Source of the DNA: an uncultured Gammaproteobacteria bacterium
GTDB lineage: Bacteria > Pseudomonadota > Gammaproteobacteria > UBA9214
DNA: 64,000 nt
Assembly: GCA_963827755.1 (NCBI GenBank)
Contig: CAWHCQ010000035.1
Span: 32,001 to 96,000 of the forward strand
Direction of reading: 5' to 3'
The position numbers and the translations under genes are program-made. The notes under the pieces were generated by a model, which was given only the letters and a program-made list of their open reading frames with translations, was not told the DNA's origin and ran no database searches. Positions 54,515-64,000 of this stretch are shown here, one piece after another; position 1 is the stretch's first letter, and each line of letters starts with the position of its first letter.

Positions 54515-56689
54515 CTAGCCGCGGTGTTTCGCATCGGCCGGTACACTGCGGGCGAAAGTGTCGCGCCCGGCGTCTTCGGTCTGCCCGAATACACTGCGCA
54601 GGTGAAGGTCGCGTTGCGGGAAGGGAATCTCGATCGCATATTCTTTCAGCTTCGATTCGATCTCCCACAGGTAGGCCGCGGTTACGGAACCGGGACGCTT
54701 GACGGCTTCCGACGTCAGCCATACCACCAGTTCAAAATTGAGGCTGCTGTCGCCGAATTCGACGAACCAGACCTGTGGCTGCCGCGAGCTGCCCTTTTTC
54801 AGCGTCCAGGGCACGTTTTCCGCCGCTTCGAGAGCGGCCTTTTTGACGAGCTCCTTGTCGGTACCGTAGGCCACGCCAAACGGTATGTGCGTCCGGCGGT
54901 AGGCTTCGCGCAACGTCCAGTTGATGACCCGCCCGCCGACGAATTCCGAGTTGGGAACCAGGATATCGATATTGTCATTGGTGGTGATCAGGGTGCTGCG
55001 CATGTTGATTTCCCTGACCTCACCGGTAACGCCGGATTCCAGTTCGACAAAATCGCCGACCTTGAGGCTTTTCTCGAACAGGATGATCAGCCCGGCGACG
55101 AAGTTGCTGATCAGCGTCTGCAGGCCAAAACCGATACCGACACCGAGTGCACTGGCGAACAGCGCGAACTTGGTGAAATCGATGCCGATCGAGGACAGGC
55201 CGACGATGATGCCGATCGTCAGCAGCAGGTAATGCACCAGGCGTCCGAAGGTATACAGCGAACTCTGGTTCAGTCCGCCGCGCCGCTCGCCGACGCGCTG
55301 GATGGTACGGCGGATAATGCGCGACAGCCACAGTGTAACGGTCAGGATCAACACCACGCGCAGCAAACCCAGCGCGGTGACCGGTGTTTCGTTGATCTCG
55401 AACATGCTCGTGCCGAGGAGATTGACGGTCGACCCCCCGGCCTTCACCAGGCTGCCCGATATGTCTGTCAGGCTGCGATTCCACCAGCCTTCACTGGCAT
55501 GCAGCCGTGCAGTCAGCATCTGCACGACAAATTCATCCGTGGCCCTTTCCCGTTGCAGACGCCGCAGCAACTGCTCGGCCTGGTCCAGCTCCCGCGTTAT
55601 ATTGTCATTCAGTGCACGCGCGGCCGCCTTTGGTGCCGTCGAGGCGGACTCCGACAACATGCCGCGTATACGTTCGATCACCTGCTTCCAGCGCTTGCGT
55701 TGATCGGCAATGGTGGTATCCAGCACCCCGAACTCCTCGATCTGCGCACGCACCGCCTTGTTATCAACAGCCGGGTCGGCAGTCACCAGGCGAATCAATG
55801 ACTGTGCATTCTGCGCGCGCAGGGCGCTCAGCTCGCCGATACGCGTCTCGATATCCCTGCGCACTGCAAGCAGTGCCGTGTACTGCGGCTCGACAAGGTC
55901 CTGCGACAAGGTGCCTGACTGTGCCTGAAGCGGATTGACGCGGTCTGCCTCCTCACGCAGCTTGTCGATCCCCCGCTGCGCCTCACTGTACTCAAGCTCC
56001 CAGCGCTTCAACTCCTGCGGCGTGGCGATGAGACGCTCCGCGATGCCGTCCAGTTCTGAGCGCATGCGGGCGAGCCGTTCCTGGTTTTGTTTCAGCACGG
56101 TCTTGCGCCGTTCGATTTCCAGGCGCTGCAGCACCTGCGGCAGGCGCTTGCCCATCAGGTCAATACCCCGGGCAAGACGGTCCGGGGACTGCGCATCCAT
56201 TTCAAGGTACTGGTTGCGCAGGCGGGACTGCTGCTTGCGCTGCTCGCCGAGGACGGTGCTCAACCAGCTGGTTTCCTCGGCTTCAGCGTCTACTTGCTGC
56301 TTTAACACCTGCCATTCGCCGAAGCGCTTCAGTGCATCATCGAGCGTGTAACTGTCCTGCGCTGTGATTGCAGGCAGCGGCACCGGCTCGGCTGCACGTT
56401 TGTGTTCCAGGTAGCGATCGATATCGCCGTTAATCCTGTCGAGCTGCAGCGCCTCCTGTGTATTGCCCGTGGACCTCAGGCGCTTTTGCAGCGCACTGTA
56501 GAATGTTTTTGCCGCCGTTACACGCTTCGAAAGCGTCTCGAGGTCAAGCGGCTCTTTCGGTTCGAAATAGGTCCACCAGTCACCCGGCAGGGCAGCCGGA
56601 TCAGGTATCTCCGCCGCCGGCTCGTCTGCCGGGTACGCCGGACCGGCAAACGCCATCAGCAGCAGCAAGCCGAGCAGCCGGATGAGCAT
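54515..56689 (-). CDS. MscS-family channel with a long periplasmic coiled-coil N-terminus
   Basis: Signal peptide, GIGFGLQTLISNFVAG, VPNSE, FGDSSLNFEL, IPFPQRD. TAATG coupling to corA. Confidence 0.92.
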   Translation of the reverse strand: MLIRLLGLLLLMAFAGPAYPADEPAAEIPDPAALPGDWWTYFEPKEPLDLETLSKRVTAAKTFYSALQKRLRSTGNTQEALQLDRINGDIDRYLEHKRAAEPVPLPAITAQDSYTLDDALKRFGEWQVLKQQVDAEAEETSWLSTVLGEQRKQQSRLRNQYLEMDAQSPDRLARGIDLMGKRLPQVLQRLEIERRKTVLKQNQERLARMRSELDGIAERLIATPQELKRWELEYSEAQRGIDKLREEADRVNPLQAQSGTLSQDLVEPQYTALLAVRRDIETRIGELSALRAQNAQSLIRLVTADPAVDNKAVRAQIEEFGVLDTTIADQRKRWKQVIERIRGMLSESASTAPKAAARALNDNITRELDQAEQLLRRLQRERATDEFVVQMLTARLHASEGWWNRSLTDISGSLVKAGGSTVNLLGTSMFEINETPVTALGLLRVVLILTVTLWLSRIIRRTIQRVGERRGGLNQSSLYTFGRLVHYLLLTIGIIVGLSSIGIDFTKFALFASALGVGIGFGLQTLISNFVAGLIILFEKSLKVGDFVELESGVTGEVREINMRSTLITTNDNIDILVPNSEFVGGRVINWTLREAYRRTHIPFGVAYGTDKELVKKAALEAAENVPWTLKKGSSRQPQVWFVEFGDSSLNFELVVWLTSEAVKRPGSVTAAYLWEIESKLKEYAIEIPFPQRDLHLRSVFGQTEDAGRDTFARSVPADAKHRG

Positions 56690-57661
56690 TACAGCCACTG
56701 CTTCTTGCGAAACACGGTCAGCAATATGACGACGATGCTGGTCATCAGGCCGAGCAAAATGTAATAGCCGGATTCGGAATGCAACTCGGGCATGTTCTCG
56801 AAGTTCATCCCGTAGATGCCGGCCAGAAAACTCAACGGCACGAAGATAGCCATCACCACCGTAAGCACTTTCATGATCTGGTTCAGCCGGTGCGAGGATA
56901 TCGATATGTAGCCATCGGCCAGGTCCGATGCAAGTTCGTAGTACAGGCAGGCGAGACTGTTGGCGCGTTCCTGCTGTTCATAGACGTCGATTATCTCGTG
57001 CAGGCGCCCGGCCTCGATACCGGGAAAGGTCCCGGACTTCAGTTCGCCGAGTATCTGCTGGTGATAGAGAAATACCCGCCTGAACTTCTTCAGCTCGCTT
57101 TTGTAATTTATAAGCTCGGCAAGCATGGAATCGTCAGCGTGGTGCATGATTTCATCTTCCAACTCATCGAGACGCGGCTCAAGGTCGAGCAGGATCCTGA
57201 GATAACGGTCTACCGACATGCGCGACAGGCGTATCGCCAGCGCGGCCGGACCGCGGCTGCACAGCTCGATATCCTTTACAGCACGCTGAAACAGTGCATC
57301 GGTGCTGACCGACTCGGCACTGCGCCGCGTCACCAGGAACCGCTCGCCGATGAACATCGCCAGCTGGAATGTTGAAAAATGCAAATCCTGCGCATCGGCG
57401 CTCAGCGCCTTCAGCAGGATGAAGGTGAAACCGGTGAATGACTCCAGCTTGGGCGGGTGACGGCTGCGCTGCGCATCATCGATGGCCATCGGGTGCAGGC
57501 CGAAGTTGTCCTGCAGGAACTGTTTCTCCGCTGGCCTCGGGCTCGGCGAAACTGTCGAGCCAGATGCAGGTGTCCTTGTTCTGCTGCCAGACGCTCAGCA
57601 GCTCTGCCCCCCCACTGACGACTTCCTTGCTTGAACTGTTGTATAGAAGTGTTCGTATCAT
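56689..57661 (-). CDS. corA: CorA-family Mg2+/Co2+ transporter (frameshift near 57500-57550)
   Basis: IWLD, AIDDAQRSRHPPKLE, NQIMKVLT, GIYGMNFENMPEL. Confidence 0.9.
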
Positions 57662-57986
57662 TGCCTTTCAGCCCCCGTTTAAACGCCCCGGTACACTCGC
57701 TCGGCGCAAGTATAACCGTGGTGCATTGACCCAGTCACTTGAATTAGTCAGCCATAACGACACCCGTCAGTGGTATCCCGCCCCCTGGAGAAAGCCACAG
57801 TCAGGCTATGGATTCGGCTCTCGCAAGACCACCGGCTCACCCTGCCCTGCCCTGCTGCTTCCGCTCAAACGGGTTCTGGTACAGCTCGCGGTGTACGTGT
57901 AGGCTATCGCCTGGCCGATATCCCTGACACTACCTGCCGGGCACCGACCCTGCCTTCCTATTCTGAACAACGTGGATCCATTCATT

Positions 57987-59333
57987 ATGCACGACACAAC
58001 CATCAACCTGATTGCCGTGGTACTGCTGCTGACAGCCAACGGCTTCTTCGTCGCCGCCGAATTTTCGCTGGTCAAGGCAAGGGGCTTTCGCCTCGAGAGC
58101 TACGCAGAGGGAGGCAGCGCCAGCGCGCGGCTGACGCTGCGTATCCAGGCCAACCTGGAGAGTTACCTGGCCGCCTGCCAGCTCGGCATCACCATGGCCT
58201 CGCTCGGTCTTGGCTGGGTGGGCGAGCCGGCCGCCGCGGCACTGCTGGAACCCCTGTTCACCAGGGCGGGTATACCGGATGCAATCCTGCATACCGTTTC
58301 ATTCGTGACCGGGTTCCTGGTTTTTTCTTCGCTGCACATCGTGGTCGGCGAGCAGGTGCCGAAGACCTTCGCCATTCGCCGTGCCGAACCGGTCGCGGTG
58401 TGGTGCGCCTACCCCCTGCACGCGACCTACCTGCTGGTGTATCCGCTCAACTGGCTGCTGAACGTCAGCTCGCGCTCCATCCTGTCACTGTTCAATGTCG
58501 AAGAGGTCTCGCATGCCGACGTGCTCAGCGGTAAGGAACTCCAGGGACTGGTGCAGACCTCGCACGAGCACGGTGAAATCGAGGTCAACAAGGCGAACAT
58601 GCTGCACAACCTGTTCGAATTCGACCAGCGCAATGTCGGGCGCGTGATGATCCCGCGCAGCTCCATGGGGGTGCTGGATGTCAGCGCACCGCCCGAGAAT
58701 AACCTCGCCATTATCCGCGACAGCGGGCACTCGCGTTTCCCGGTTATCAATGGCAGCGGCGACGAGGAGGTGCTGGGTATCGTGCTGGCCAAGGACCTGC
58801 ACACCGCCGTACTCAGCGGTGAAAACGAACCCTGGCGCAACCTGCAGGCATTCTGCCGCGAACCGCTGATGGTGCCGGAAAGCCAGAAGGTCTCCGCGCT
58901 GTTCGAGAGTATGCGCCGACACCGCGCGCACATGGCCTTTGTCATCGACGAGTACGGCGCGCTTGCCGGTATCGTCACGCTGGAGGACCTGCTTGAAGAG
59001 ATCGTCGGTGAGATCGAGGACGAGACCGACGTGGATGACGAAACCAGCATACTCAGTGAAATTGACGCCGACAGCTGGCGCGCCGACGGCCTGCTGTCCC
59101 TCACCGATGTCGAACGCGCCATCGGCCTCAGGGTACCTACCGAACTCGACGCCAACACCCTGTCGGGGCTGTTAATGCAGCGCCTGTCGCGCATGCCTGA
59201 GCCCGGTGACCAGATTTCCGAAGGTGAATTCCGCCTGACGGTGGAGACATTGAACGACAACCGTGTCGGGCAATTGCTGATTGAACGTCTTACGGAGGAA
59301 GTAACCGAAGACGCCCCCGCGGCGGATGACTGA
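57987..59333 (+). CDS. CNNM/HlyC/CorC-family membrane protein (DUF21 + CBS + CorC_HlyC)
   Basis: NGFFVAAEFSLV, QLGIT, GEQVPK, HSRFPV, VIDEYG, TLEDLLEEIVGEIEDE. Confidence 0.93.
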   Translation: MHDTTINLIAVVLLLTANGFFVAAEFSLVKARGFRLESYAEGGSASARLTLRIQANLESYLAACQLGITMASLGLGWVGEPAAAALLEPLFTRAGIPDAILHTVSFVTGFLVFSSLHIVVGEQVPKTFAIRRAEPVAVWCAYPLHATYLLVYPLNWLLNVSSRSILSLFNVEEVSHADVLSGKELQGLVQTSHEHGEIEVNKANMLHNLFEFDQRNVGRVMIPRSSMGVLDVSAPPENNLAIIRDSGHSRFPVINGSGDEEVLGIVLAKDLHTAVLSGENEPWRNLQAFCREPLMVPESQKVSALFESMRRHRAHMAFVIDEYGALAGIVTLEDLLEEIVGEIEDETDVDDETSILSEIDADSWRADGLLSLTDVERAIGLRVPTELDANTLSGLLMQRLSRMPEPGDQISEGEFRLTVETLNDNRVGQLLIERLTEEVTEDAPAADD

Positions 59334-59377
59334 GCAGCAACAAGCGGGGCGGTAGATCCCGGCGCCTGCGGCAGGCA

Positions 59378-60421
59378 TCACCCTACAGGGTCTATTTCAT
59401 CTTCAAGCTGCTCGGAAGGCGTCAGGTATTCATGCAGCGTCTCGACCTGCTGGGCAACCGCCCCGACACGCCGGAAACGGGCAATATGAAACAGTGCTTC
59501 CCCCTCGTAGACCAGCGGCAGGTGTGTACGGCCGATGAGGATACCGTTATCGGGCGCCACCACCACGTGTTCCGAATTCACCAGCGGTGCGGCAATATGC
59601 CCGATCACATCACCTTTTGCGACGCGGGCACCCAGCTTGATACCCGACCACAGGATCCCGCTTTCAGGCGCCCTCACCCACGCGGAACTTCGGGCAATAA
59701 CGGGCTCTACCCGGTGTCCCTTGTTTTTCGACTTCGGGATCATGCCCAGTACACGCATGACACTGAGCACGCCTCGCAGCCCCGCCCGAATCGCAACCTC
59801 GTCGAAGCGCAGCGCCTCCCCGGCTTCGTAGAGCAGCATCGGAATGCCCGCATCGGCGGCCGCCGCACGCAGGGACCCGTCCCTGAGATCCGCATTGATG
59901 AGTACGGGGGTCCCGAATGCCTCGGCCAGCGCAAGGGTTTCAGGATCGTCGAGGTTTGCACGAACCTGCGGCAGGTTATCCCGATGGACCGCCCCGGTAT
60001 GCAGATCAACCCCGTGCGTGCAGTTCGCCACGATTTCGTGCATGAAGAGGTGTGCAATGCGGGCCGCCATGGAGCCGCGGTTGCTGCCGGGAAAGCTGCG
60101 ATTCAGATCGCGCCGGTCCGGCAGGTAACGGGAACGGTGCAGCAGGCCGTGCACGTTGACCACGGGTACCGCGATGAGCGCACCGCGCAGCCGTTTCAGC
60201 GAGGAGTGGTGCAGCAGACGGCGAATGATTTCGACACCGTTCAGTTCGTCGCCATGAATGGCCGCGCTGACAAACAGGCGCGGGCCGTCATGGCGACCGT
60301 TGATGACATCCACCGGCATGGATAGATCGGCGTGCGTATACAGGCGGCCGACGGGAAGGTTGATGATCTTGCGCTCGCCCGGCGCGACCGCATGCCCCCC
60401 GATTGTGATCGCTTCGTTCAA
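59378..60421 (-). CDS. succinylglutamate desuccinylase/aspartoacylase-family (M14-like) hydrolase
   Basis: [28 protein letters not shown]. Confidence 0.92.
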   Translation of the reverse strand: MNEAITIGGHAVAPGERKIINLPVGRLYTHADLSMPVDVINGRHDGPRLFVSAAIHGDELNGVEIIRRLLHHSSLKRLRGALIAVPVVNVHGLLHRSRYLPDRRDLNRSFPGSNRGSMAARIAHLFMHEIVANCTHGVDLHTGAVHRDNLPQVRANLDDPETLALAEAFGTPVLINADLRDGSLRAAAADAGIPMLLYEAGEALRFDEVAIRAGLRGVLSVMRVLGMIPKSKNKGHRVEPVIARSSAWVRAPESGILWSGIKLGARVAKGDVIGHIAAPLVNSEHVVVAPDNGILIGRTHLPLVYEGEALFHIARFRRVGAVAQQVETLHEYLTPSEQLEDEIDPVG

Positions 60422-61323
60422 CCCTTGCCCCGTGTAGCCGTGCGGTCGTGCTTGGCGTTCTTCTCGATGAACGCGATAATGAGATCCGCCACATCCTTGC
60501 CGGTGGCCTCCTCGATTCCATGCAGGCCGGGTGAAGAGTTCACTTCCATCACCAGCGGTCCGTGATTCGAACGCAGCAGGTCCACGCCGGAAACGTTCAG
60601 GCCCATCTTGCGTGCCGCGCGTACGGCAGTCGAACGCTCTTCCGGTGTCAGTTTGACGATTCTTGCCGAACCGCCGCGGTGCAGGTTCGAGCGGAATTCA
60701 CCTTCCTTGGCCTGGCGCTGCATGGCGGCAACGACCCTGTCGCCGATGACGAAGGCGCGAATGTCCGCACCGCCGGCTTCCTTGATGAACTCCTGCACGA
60801 GGAAGTTGGCATTCAGTTCGCGGAAGGCATCGATCAGGCTCTCCGCCGCCTTCTGCGTCTCGGCAAGCACCACGCCCTTGCCCTGCGTTCCTTCGAGAAG
60901 CTTGACGACCAGCGGCGCCCCGTTGACCAGCTTGATCAGGTCCAGGGTACTGTCCGGCATGCTGGCAAAGCCGGTCAGCGGCAGGCCGATGCCGGCGCGC
61001 GACATGATCTGCAGCGAGCGCAGCTTGTCGCGCGAGCGGGTAATGGCGACCGATTCGTTCAGCGGGTAGGCGCCCATCATCTCGAACTGGCGCAGCACTG
61101 AAGCACCATAAAACGTGATGGACGCACCGATGCGCGGAATGACCGCATCGAAGGGCTCCAGTTTGTCGCCCTTGTAATGCACGCTGGGGCGCATGGTTGC
61201 GATATCCATGTAGCATTTCAGGGTATCCAGCACCCGGACTTCATGGCCACGCTTCTTCGCAGCCTCCACCAGACGGCTGGTCGAATAGAGCTTGGCGTTA
61301 CGCGATAGTATGGCAATTCTCAT
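60418..61323 (-). CDS. rimK: ribosomal protein S6--L-glutamate ligase (301 aa)
   Basis: [59 protein letters not shown]. Confidence 0.95.
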   Translation of the reverse strand: MRIAILSRNAKLYSTSRLVEAAKKRGHEVRVLDTLKCYMDIATMRPSVHYKGDKLEPFDAVIPRIGASITFYGASVLRQFEMMGAYPLNESVAITRSRDKLRSLQIMSRAGIGLPLTGFASMPDSTLDLIKLVNGAPLVVKLLEGTQGKGVVLAETQKAAESLIDAFRELNANFLVQEFIKEAGGADIRAFVIGDRVVAAMQRQAKEGEFRSNLHRGGSARIVKLTPEERSTAVRAARKMGLNVSGVDLLRSNHGPLVMEVNSSPGLHGIEEATGKDVADLIIAFIEKNAKHDRTATRGKG

Positions 61324-61815
61324 GGTTGTTCTCCTTTCTTGTTTTTCGACGCCGGCATTCTTTTTACCCTGCAGATAAGAGGCAGCGGGATCGACGAGAA
61401 ACCGCTTCAACAGCGCAGTACGTCCAAGCAGCATTCTGAAACGCATGGTATCACGACTGGTCAGGGTCACCTCGATGCGCCACATCGCACCACCGAGCTG
61501 TGCCGCCGTCTCTATGACATAGCGCTCCTCGGCATGTCCGCCGGAGTCGGTCACCAGCCGGCGGTCATGGACAGGCGCCTCGCAATCCACGACGCGATCC
61601 GCCCGACGCTGGAAGGGATGCACGCCAAAGCGCACCCATTCGGATCCTTCCCGCTCGAACGGCTCAACGTAAAAGGCATGCAAGGCAGAGGTACGTGCAC
61701 CCGTATCTATTTTTACCTTGAGCCGCTTGATGCCCAGTTCAGGCAAGCTTATCCATTCACGCCAGCCAATGACGGGTATATCGATGCGTCCCTTGTCGGT
61801 TTCATTTGAACTCAT
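61320..61815 (-). CDS. RimB-like retropepsin-fold protease (family often annotated ATP-dependent Zn protease), reading in frame into rimK in this sequence
   Basis: [37 protein letters not shown]. Confidence 0.88.
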
Positions 61816-61963
61816 GGTGAATATCAACCTGTATTTACCGCCGCATAGTGCGCGCGCATGCCCCCGTCAGGCAAGCTATATTTCAGCATACGGCAGGAAT
61901 AATTTTCCGGCATAAAATCCGCCTTTCCGTCACAGCCAGTTATTATTCAAGTGCTATTGATGA

Positions 61964-62092
61964 GAGGTCGCCTACCAGTACACGATCGCCGTGATCGCGC
62001 TCTCACTGCTGCTCAGCCCGTTCTGGATTCGGGGTGCACGCAAGCTGCTCAAGGTAGACTACCCCGCGCTTGTTCAGCCGTTAGCGGATTAG
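61964..62092 (+). pseudogene. C-terminal remnant of a membrane protein, possibly a cation:proton antiporter
   Basis: Start-less frame EVAYQYTIAVIALSLLLSPFWIRGARKLLKVDYPALVQPLAD*, one TM helix plus a basic tail. The family assignment is from memory of CPA2 C-termini. Confidence 0.45.
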
Positions 62093-62137
62093 CGCCGCCA
62101 GCAGCACAGCAGCCGGGAAACCCGGCGCGTCGCCGGC

Positions 62138-64000
62138 CTAGTCGTTCTCCAGCGAATACAACAGGTCGGCCCCGCTGACAAGGCCGGTTTCCGTTTGCAC
62201 CGTCCAGCGCCTGGACAGGGTGTAGCGCATGCGGAAGGTGCTCGACTGATCGAACAGACCCGCGGCATAACTGACATAGAGGCGCGGAGAAAGGTACTTG
62301 CCCAGCACCAGCGAAGATTCCTCCAGGGTATCGCCGGACTCGATGCGCACGTCTTCAATGCCAAAGGCATCCCCCAGCTTGCTGGCCAGCATATCGCCCC
62401 CCGTCAGGCCCAGGGAAGCCGCCGCACCGGACAATGCCGCGCCCTGTGCACTGGTCGCCCTGTTGGTGGGTACGCCAAGCAGCAGGTAGGAAAGCATGTC
62501 GGACTGTTCCATCGCCGGGTCGGAGAACAGGGCCAGCTTCGGTGAGTCGGCGGTACCGGTGACGCGCACCCCGGCGAGCACGTCACCGGTCTCGCGCACA
62601 ATCCGCATATCCAGGCCCGGGTTTTCCACGGGTCCGCCGGCAAACACCAGCCGGCCTTTTTCGATCTCCAGTTTCTGACCGTAGAGCTTGTAGCTGCCAT
62701 CGATAATATTCAGCTCGCCCTGGCCCCGGGTTACCTTGCCCGGTTCCTCGAGGATATCCAGCTTGCCCTGGATATTACCGTCCAGGCCGAAGCCGGAAAA
62801 ACTCACCTTGTCCTCCAGTACCAGGCTGACCCGGCTATACACCTGGTATTTTCCCGCTGCGACCGCCGTCTCTTCCTGCCCTGTCACCACCAGGTCGCTG
62901 GATTCCTTCGCCACGCCTTTCAGTTCCCGCAAGCGGATCTGTGCCTCGGGAACACGTACCGTCCCGCTGATATCCAGGCGCTGCTGCCGCAAGGCCAGTT
63001 TCAGATCCGGCGATGCAAACAGGGTGGCTTGCGGAATATTGACCAGCTGAACATTGGTGCCGCTGACCGCCAGGTCCATGCTTGACGGTACACCCTTCTG
63101 TAACAGCAGTTGTCCCTGGAAAGACGCCACGCCTTCGCCGGATGTCACGGAACCCTGCAAGGCGATGCTGTTGCCGTCGCCACTGACCTGCATGTTCGCG
63201 TCCTTCAGTTGCAGGCCCAGTTGCGGCACAGATACCTCGGCATTTTTCAGGGTAGCGGTGCCATCAAGCCGCGGGTTCCCCAGGGTGCCGCTGATCGCGA
63301 GGTCGCCGTCGACCTGACCCTTGCTGGTACTGATATCCGGAACAAATACGGAAATCAGCCCGTTGTCGGTGAAGTTGAGTTTGAAAGCGGAGGCGATCGT
63401 GGTTTGGGGCGAGAACCAGCCGGCACTGGAAACGACATTGCCCAGGCGCAGCTGCCCGCTGACACCGCCATTATCCTGCAAGGGCAGATCCAGCTCCCCG
63501 TTGAGTTCGTTGTTTTGCAACCGGGCGCTGATGTGGCTCTGGCCGAAGTTTGCGAGCACCAGGGTCTCCTCGCCGTCATCCAGGGTGATGCCACCGGCTG
63601 CAAGTTCCAGCCTTGCCGTGCCCTGCACACCGCTGCTGTCTGACCGGGCGCGCAGTTGCAGGCCGGCGCTGCTGTCGAGGGCAATATCCTGTTCCAGCCA
63701 GGGCTTCAATAACGCCAGCGGCAACTGGTCCCCGTCCAGGGCCGCCGTCCAGCCGGCGGGCTGCCAGTCAGCCTCGGCGCAGAGTCGTGCATCGGCCTGC
63801 AACATGCACAGGGACTTTACTGCAGCACTGCTGCGCGCCACGCTAAAGGCCGCCGGCTGCTGCAGGGCCCAGTTTTGCGCAACGGGATCCTCCAGCCGTA
63901 ATTCCTGCAGGGTACCGGACCAGGTCTGTGCCTGCAGGCTTGCCGTGAGGTTCCCGGCAAGCTGCCGCTTCTCCTGTTGCAGCGTAAACCGAATCACGTG
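62138..64000 (-). CDS. tamB: translocation and assembly module TamB, 3' part
   Basis: Beta-rich repeats, YKLYGQKLEI..GRLVFAGGP.NP.LD, GKYLSPRLYVSY, RYTLSRRW, GADLLY. Confidence 0.92.
   Translation of the reverse strand, partial: HVIRFTLQQEKRQLAGNLTASLQAQTWSGTLQELRLEDPVAQNWALQQPAAFSVARSSAAVKSLCMLQADARLCAEADWQPAGWTAALDGDQLPLALLKPWLEQDIALDSSAGLQLRARSDSSGVQGTARLELAAGGITLDDGEETLVLANFGQSHISARLQNNELNGELDLPLQDNGGVSGQLRLGNVVSSAGWFSPQTTIASAFKLNFTDNGLISVFVPDISTSKGQVDGDLAISGTLGNPRLDGTATLKNAEVSVPQLGLQLKDANMQVSGDGNSIALQGSVTSGEGVASFQGQLLLQKGVPSSMDLAVSGTNVQLVNIPQATLFASPDLKLALRQQRLDISGTVRVPEAQIRLRELKGVAKESSDLVVTGQEETAVAAGKYQVYSRVSLVLEDKVSFSGFGLDGNIQGKLDILEEPGKVTRGQGELNIIDGSYKLYGQKLEIEKGRLVFAGGPVENPGLDMRIVRETGDVLAGVRVTGTADSPKLALFSDPAMEQSDMLSYLLLGVPTNRATSAQGAALSGAAASLGLTGGDMLASKLGDAFGIEDVRIESGDTLEESSLVLGKYLSPRLYVSYAAGLFDQSSTFRMRYTLSRRWTVQTETGLVSGADLLYSLEND

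Noticed and set aside
57662-57986. Possible Mg2+/Mn2+ riboswitch between corA and the CNNM gene
   Set aside because: I could not see M-box or yybP-ykoY consensus elements. An Rfam scan would be needed to exclude one fully.

Overview
This 64-kb window is GC-rich chromosome from a Gammaproteobacterium. A sulfur-oxidising or autotrophic lineage is a weak inference from SoxW-like and CbbY-like genes. Most of it is core housekeeping: the gyrA-serC-serA-pheA-hisC-tyrA-aroA-cmk operon, mtnA/mtaD-ubiG-HAD-yciK, PHP-yciO-S2P-trpS-scpA-scpB-rluB, yciB-yciI-bolA-PPIase, smc-zipA-ligA, queF, dksA-gluQ, acs and the 3' part of tamB. An accessory block at about 52-62 kb holds two large MscS channels, CorA, a CNNM/CBS protein and rimB-rimK-M14 peptidase. 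I saw no rRNA, tRNA, CRISPR array, transposase or prophage. About a dozen genes are split by small indels, mostly at 41-58 kb, which looks like long-read assembly error. The most unusual signals are intergenic. (1) A 610-bp palindrome at 18.2-18.8 kb is made of two diverged copies of a roughly 300-nt element whose helices and a potential triple helix covary between the copies. (2) A candidate Csr/Rsm sRNA lies at 17.2 kb. (3) A perfect CsrA-consensus hairpin module is inserted in a REP upstream of yciO. (4) There are several REP-like families and a heptamer tandem repeat. Notable protein-level observations are a MinD/FlhG-like protein with a degenerate P-loop next to a GGDEF-EAL protein, and a DksA with a histone-H1-like N-terminal tail.
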